Shown here piece after piece: positions 59,401-64,000 of a stretch of 64,000 nt of DNA. The position numbers were made by a program, and so were the translations under genes. The stretch lies in the IMG/VR virus record IMGVR_UViG_3300037423_000584, one strand, 5' to 3'. A model generated the notes under the pieces. That model saw only the letters and a program-made list of their open reading frames with translations, was not told the DNA's origin and searched no databases. The DNA is from a virus. The stretch's first letter is position 1. Every line of letters begins with the position of its first letter.

Positions 59401-59925
59401 GATGGTTTAAAAAACAAAGTGGCGATAGACGGATCGTACAAAAATTTCTTTGGTTTCCTTTAACAATTGATAATGAAACTAGATGGTTAGAATTTGCTAG
59501 ATTCGAACAAGAAATAAAATCTACATTTATCGTTTCGTCAGAACTATTGGCGTTTCCAACAAAAATAACTTCTTATATTAATATTAGATGGATTAATTAA
59601 TATGTTTCAAACTACATTAACTGTTGTGATAAATACTGATAAACCTATTGATACAGAAGACAAGAAATTAGAAATAGCACAGAATCTCGTATATGCGATA
59701 CAAAGAGGTTCTGAGGAATTGAAATTTAATAATTACTCTGTCAAAAGTGGCGAAGTAATAGTTCCCAAAGTTGGCAAAGCCGGTAGTTTCTAATTGTCCC
59801 CCGCATGTGATTAGGGAATCGATTTGACAATTATAACTTATTAAAAAATATAAAAAAATGGCTGCATAGAATAAAAGTATCCATAGGGCACGCAAAGTGC
59901 CCTTTAATTATTATAGGAATAATAT

Positions 59926-60879
59926 ATGGTTTCTACTGCTGTATCTAAATATGAAAAATTCAAAGAGTGGTATGATGAATTTTTAATAAAAAATCCCAGA
60001 GGCTATGGGATGCTTATAAAAGCTGATCAAAATTGGTATAATAAATGTTTAGAAAATCATAAAGTTATTAATGAGATTATTGATGGTAAATCTGTTGTTA
60101 TACAACATAAATTTGCCAATCTACAACTTCCTGCAAATACAGATAGAGCAGAGAGATCTATACAAGGAATCCTTAATTATATACCTAATTATTTAGGTAA
60201 ATATGGTTATGAAAAGAAGGTTCTTTATTTTCCTGTTTTGCCAGACGGAATGAAAACTGGTAAACATATAATTGGATATATAAATAGATTTGATAAAACT
60301 CAATATATATTCTCCGACGAAAAGAAGAAAGAAATAGAAAAATATATTTCTATTCTTGGCGAAGAGTGGGCAAAAACTAGGAAAGATGAATGTGAAGTAA
60401 CATCTATTCTTAGTACAAATCCAAAGGCTTTTATATCTATCGGACATTATGGTCCTGATTCTAAAAGCTGTCTAAAGAACGGTGGCTGTAACGAAAAACA
60501 TAAATATGTTATGGCTACTGATCTCGGAAACAGCTTTGTTCTTATCGTAAGAACTTCTTCTAAGACCGGTAAGATAGAACTTAATAGTAAGAATAATTAT
60601 GCAAGAATGTGGGGATTTTATCAAAAAGATACTGGAACTGTCAATTTTTGTAATTTTTATTCTAATGATCAATTGACCCTTGCGTCGATTTTTGATATTG
60701 CGAAAGCTCATGCTGTTAATCTTTTGCAGATAGATGAAGAAAATCTTGGGTTTGCAGAAAATATACTCAAGAGTGTCCCAAATGATGTAAATATATATCA
60801 TAATCATGACAAGAGAGGCAATTGGACGTTCTATAACAAACTTGTCATGGATAAACCGAAGGAAATAAGGATTAAATAA
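59926..60879 (+). CDS. SC[FL]-motif paralog 4
   Basis: TNPKAFISIGHYGPDSKSCL...NSFV...ARMWGF. Confidence 0.75.
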   Translation: MVSTAVSKYEKFKEWYDEFLIKNPRGYGMLIKADQNWYNKCLENHKVINEIIDGKSVVIQHKFANLQLPANTDRAERSIQGILNYIPNYLGKYGYEKKVLYFPVLPDGMKTGKHIIGYINRFDKTQYIFSDEKKKEIEKYISILGEEWAKTRKDECEVTSILSTNPKAFISIGHYGPDSKSCLKNGGCNEKHKYVMATDLGNSFVLIVRTSSKTGKIELNSKNNYARMWGFYQKDTGTVNFCNFYSNDQLTLASIFDIAKAHAVNLLQIDEENLGFAENILKSVPNDVNIYHNHDKRGNWTFYNKLVMDKPKEIRIK

Positions 60880-60880
60880 T

Positions 60881-61804
60881 ATGGGTATTGCTACAAAGAA
60901 GAAACCAAAGATCTCAAAAGAACATCAAAAGTTTATTGAATGGTTTAAAGATTCAGAAGCAAAATCAGAATCGTCTGATGGTTATCCTGCTGATCTTCCT
61001 GAATGGCTAGAAGATATTGATAATTCACATAAGCATATTAGAAAGCTACTTGGTGGTATCAGTAATAAATTCAGTATTTCTGTCAAAGGATCAGAAGAAC
61101 CCTCTGGCATACAAGAAGATCATCCAACCGCTATTAGTATAATTGATTTTATTCTTGGAGAACTTCCAGAATATCTCAATACATACAAGCTGAAAAAACA
61201 AGATTTACTAAAGCCAATGATTGGCAAGGTTAAGACTACCAAGCATATTTCTACATATGCTAGAAAAATCTTTGGTAAAGATATTAACCATCCAGAGTAT
61301 CTAAAGCAAGATATTTCAGACTTGGGTAATCTTCATAGTCTTTATAACACAAAGGATCAAGACTTAGAAATAACCATAGACACTTCTCCGGAAGCTTTTG
61401 TAAATCTATCATTTTATGGAGTAGATTCTAAAAGCTGTTTTAGAGATCATTATTACAAGTATTATTTGGCGGTTTCTAATGATAGCTTCGTTGTTCTATT
61501 TAGAGAAAAGGGTAATGACAAAATCTTAGCAAGATGCTGGGGTTTTGTTACTGATGAAAATGTACTTAATATTTGTAATCTGTATGGAGACAAAGTTCCA
61601 ATTGCAAATATTAAAAATTCCTTTAAGGTGATTTATAAAAACATGTTTGGAAAAACTTGTTTTATTAATGAAAAACCATATTTCAAATTAAAGGAAAATC
61701 GTGTTTATCTAAACGCAAATCCAAGACTTTCATTCTCTGATGTCAAAAATGACGATAGAGACCGAAAGATGGAAACTCCTGATGAAATGGACTTAGAGCT
61801 TTAA
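60881..61804 (+). CDS. SC[FL]-motif paralog 5
   Basis: TSPEAFVNLSFYGVDSKSCF...DSFV...ARCWGF. Confidence 0.75.
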   Translation: MGIATKKKPKISKEHQKFIEWFKDSEAKSESSDGYPADLPEWLEDIDNSHKHIRKLLGGISNKFSISVKGSEEPSGIQEDHPTAISIIDFILGELPEYLNTYKLKKQDLLKPMIGKVKTTKHISTYARKIFGKDINHPEYLKQDISDLGNLHSLYNTKDQDLEITIDTSPEAFVNLSFYGVDSKSCFRDHYYKYYLAVSNDSFVVLFREKGNDKILARCWGFVTDENVLNICNLYGDKVPIANIKNSFKVIYKNMFGKTCFINEKPYFKLKENRVYLNANPRLSFSDVKNDDRDRKMETPDEMDLEL

Positions 61805-62376
61805 TGCTTACAAAATTATTTTATACTAAATTTCTTAACCTATTTCAGATTAAATATTTACATAAAGGAAAAGAAAAGAGTTGGTTTTTTGCTTCTAGAC
61901 ATCCAGAAGGTAAGAAAGATTTTAACAAGCCCGATGCTGTTTGTATTGTTCCACTTTTGAAAGTTGCTTTTAATGCTTTCAAGATTGTCATGGTCAAACA
62001 ATATAGACCGGCACTAAATGGATACGAATATTCATTTCCTGCTGGCTTAGTTGATAATGAAGATATTCTAACTTCTGCCGCAAGAGAGTTGCGAGAAGAA
62101 ACGAATCTTAAAGTTACAAGAATAATGATGCAAAGTCCTACCGTGTTTAGTTCGTCAGGAATGACGGACGAAAGCACGGTTATTTTCTACGTGGAGGCAG
62201 AAGGCGAACCGAGTAATAAGAATCAAGAACCAGATGAAGATATTGAAGTTCTTGTTCTAAATGTAAAAGAAGCATTAGAAGTTATGCAAGGAAGTAAGGG
62301 TTTTATATCTTCTAAGGCTTATCTTATTCTTAATCATCTTTTAAGTTCAGAAGTTTATTGGTCTAAAATAGTTTAA
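61804..62376 (+). CDS. NUDIX hydrolase (ADP-ribose pyrophosphatase-like)
   Basis: KQYRPA...FPAGLVD...AARELREET...SSGMTDE. Confidence 0.9.
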   Translation: MLTKLFYTKFLNLFQIKYLHKGKEKSWFFASRHPEGKKDFNKPDAVCIVPLLKVAFNAFKIVMVKQYRPALNGYEYSFPAGLVDNEDILTSAARELREETNLKVTRIMMQSPTVFSSSGMTDESTVIFYVEAEGEPSNKNQEPDEDIEVLVLNVKEALEVMQGSKGFISSKAYLILNHLLSSEVYWSKIV

Positions 62377-62409
62377 TTTAACCTGTAACACAAGAGGAAG
62401 GATCATATA

Positions 62410-63924
62410 ATGCGTACATTTTTGACTCCCGAAGGTTTGAATGTTGATGCGTACCAAGCTGGTCACTATCTGATGATTCCTGATGGTATGCAGAATTTCC
62501 AATGTTCTCAGGCTACCTTTCGTCATTCCATTGAACCGGGTGAGATGAGAGTTATTAGTGCTGGCTTGGCTCCTTATATTAAGCTTGAGCTTGAAAATCC
62601 TATTACCAAAAAAGATATTGAGGAAGCTGATTGGTTCTATAATGACTTCAACGTTCCTGCAAAGCAATATCCTTGGCCTAAACATATCTTTGAAAAAGTT
62701 GTAAATGAGTATGAAGGCATTCTTCCTATTGTTGTTACTGGTTTGTTCGATGGTCAGGCTCACTATATTGGCGAGCCTCATGTTCAAGTTTGGACTGATG
62801 AACCGGGCATGGGAGAACTTGTTGGTTGGATTGAATCGACTATTCTTCCGTATCTTTGGACTATGAGCACTGTTGCTACTCGCGGTCGTATTCGTCGCGA
62901 GAAGATGATTGATGTTTTCCAACAGGCTTATCCTAATAAGTCGCGTCAAGAATGTGCAGATATGTGTGCTTATAGTTTCCATGACTTTGGTCGTCGTGGT
63001 GCTGCCAATGCACAACTTACTGGTATTGCCCACCTTTATAACTTCTTGGGCACTGATACCATGGATGCAGCTTATGCTGCTACTGTGTTCTTGAATAACC
63101 GTAAGAAGTTTGGTGCTTGCTCTATTCCTGCTGCTGCTCATAGAACGATTACGCCTTGGCCGACTGAGCAACAGGCATACAACAAGATGGTTCAAGAGTT
63201 TAAGAATGGATTCTTCTCTGTTGTTGCTGATAGCTATAACTACAACAATGGCATGGAGATGTTGTCTAAGTATGGTCCTGTTGTTCAAGCTGCCGGTGGT
63301 TATCTTGTTGGTCGTCCTGATTCTGGCGATCCTACTGCTTGCATCTTGTCTGGTCTTGAGATTCTAGACAAGGGCTTTGGACACACGATTACTGAAGGCG
63401 GTCGTAAGCGTCTGAAGAACGCAGGCATTATTCAGGGCGATGGTGTTAGCGATGAAATGATCTTTAATACTATCTATCCTGCGATTATGAAGTCTGGTTG
63501 GTGTCCGTCTAACGTTGCGTTTGGCATGGGCGAACATAATCACAAGGCTCTTCGTTCTACCCTTGAACATGCCTATAAGACTTGTCTTGTTGGCACCGCT
63601 GATGGTGGTTATAGGACTGTTATGAAGGGTAGTGAATCTCGTTTCAAGAGAAGTATTCCTGGACCTGTTGCTGTTTATACTAGCAAAAAGACTAACAGAG
63701 TTACTCCTGTCTCTGTTGAACAGCTTAAGTATGGTCTTACTGGTGATCTTGTTATCCAATTCGATGGACGCAAACATAACTTGGATGTTCGAAGCGAATC
63801 TTTCGAAATGACTCGTAATAGAACTTATAAGTCTTGGCTTGAACTAGACAAAGAAACTGCTGTCGATACGTTTGATCCTAAGATTCGCGAAATGCAAAAA
63901 GAATATATGAGCGTGTTCTTCTGA
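62410..63924 (+). CDS. nadV: nicotinamide phosphoribosyltransferase family protein
   Basis: DAYQAGH, HDFGRRG, NFLGTDT, SIPAAAH, SVVADSY, RPDSGDP, IIQGDGV, AFGMG. Confidence 0.88.
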   Translation: MRTFLTPEGLNVDAYQAGHYLMIPDGMQNFQCSQATFRHSIEPGEMRVISAGLAPYIKLELENPITKKDIEEADWFYNDFNVPAKQYPWPKHIFEKVVNEYEGILPIVVTGLFDGQAHYIGEPHVQVWTDEPGMGELVGWIESTILPYLWTMSTVATRGRIRREKMIDVFQQAYPNKSRQECADMCAYSFHDFGRRGAANAQLTGIAHLYNFLGTDTMDAAYAATVFLNNRKKFGACSIPAAAHRTITPWPTEQQAYNKMVQEFKNGFFSVVADSYNYNNGMEMLSKYGPVVQAAGGYLVGRPDSGDPTACILSGLEILDKGFGHTITEGGRKRLKNAGIIQGDGVSDEMIFNTIYPAIMKSGWCPSNVAFGMGEHNHKALRSTLEHAYKTCLVGTADGGYRTVMKGSESRFKRSIPGPVAVYTSKKTNRVTPVSVEQLKYGLTGDLVIQFDGRKHNLDVRSESFEMTRNRTYKSWLELDKETAVDTFDPKIREMQKEYMSVFF

Positions 63925-63936
63925 ACAACCAATAAT

Positions 63937-64000
63937 ATGAAAGATTTAATTGAAAAAATTCATAGTTCGCCTTGGATGGGAACTATTATAATTACTGGTG
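63937..64000 (+). CDS. start of possible nucleotidylyltransferase (NMNAT-like/CinA-fused family), truncated
   Basis: MKDLIEKIHSSPWMGTIIITG; only 21 aa visible. Confidence 0.35.
   Translation, partial: MKDLIEKIHSSPWMGTIIITG

Noticed and set aside
62347-63288. 313-aa minus-strand ORF (also 6577-7092, 52318-52794, 52849-53331, 29759-30205)
   Set aside because: Antisense shadows of codon-biased plus-strand genes with no motifs or RBS

Overview
Fragment of a large, AT-rich dsDNA bacteriophage genome. No structural or core replication genes are recognisable in this window. Left end (1-4400, minus strand): HNH nuclease, coiled-coil/receiver-domain protein, sigma-factor-like protein, SLOG and DUF4326 proteins. 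From about 5000 onward nearly everything is on the plus strand. A GC-richer block carries a sigma70-type promoter and two long, highly structured ORF-free stretches. It is followed by many small early-type ORFs sharing an atypical AAGGTAGGT ribosome-binding motif, terminators capped with boxB-like U-GAAUA-R loops, an ATP-dependent DNA ligase, a few normal tRNAs and several abnormal tRNA-like RNAs. The right end holds a peptidase/SC[FL]-paralog cluster and a NUDIX-NAMPT-(NMNAT-like) NAD module. The standout feature is a dispersed array of 15 tRNA-Glu(CUC)-like RNAs (25050-50237). All keep the loop CTCTCAG and covarying acceptor, anticodon and T stems, and each carries a long structured insertion in the D-loop. 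They are interleaved with 22 paralogous 68-97 aa proteins bearing a (F/Y)NSxR(Y/W)A motif, and 11 of the 15 RNAs are followed within about 10 nt by such a gene. A further D-loop-expanded tRNA-like RNA (30355-30463) displays the exact complement of the phage's AAAAGGTAGGTAG ribosome-binding motif. All structures were folded by eye; no database search was possible.
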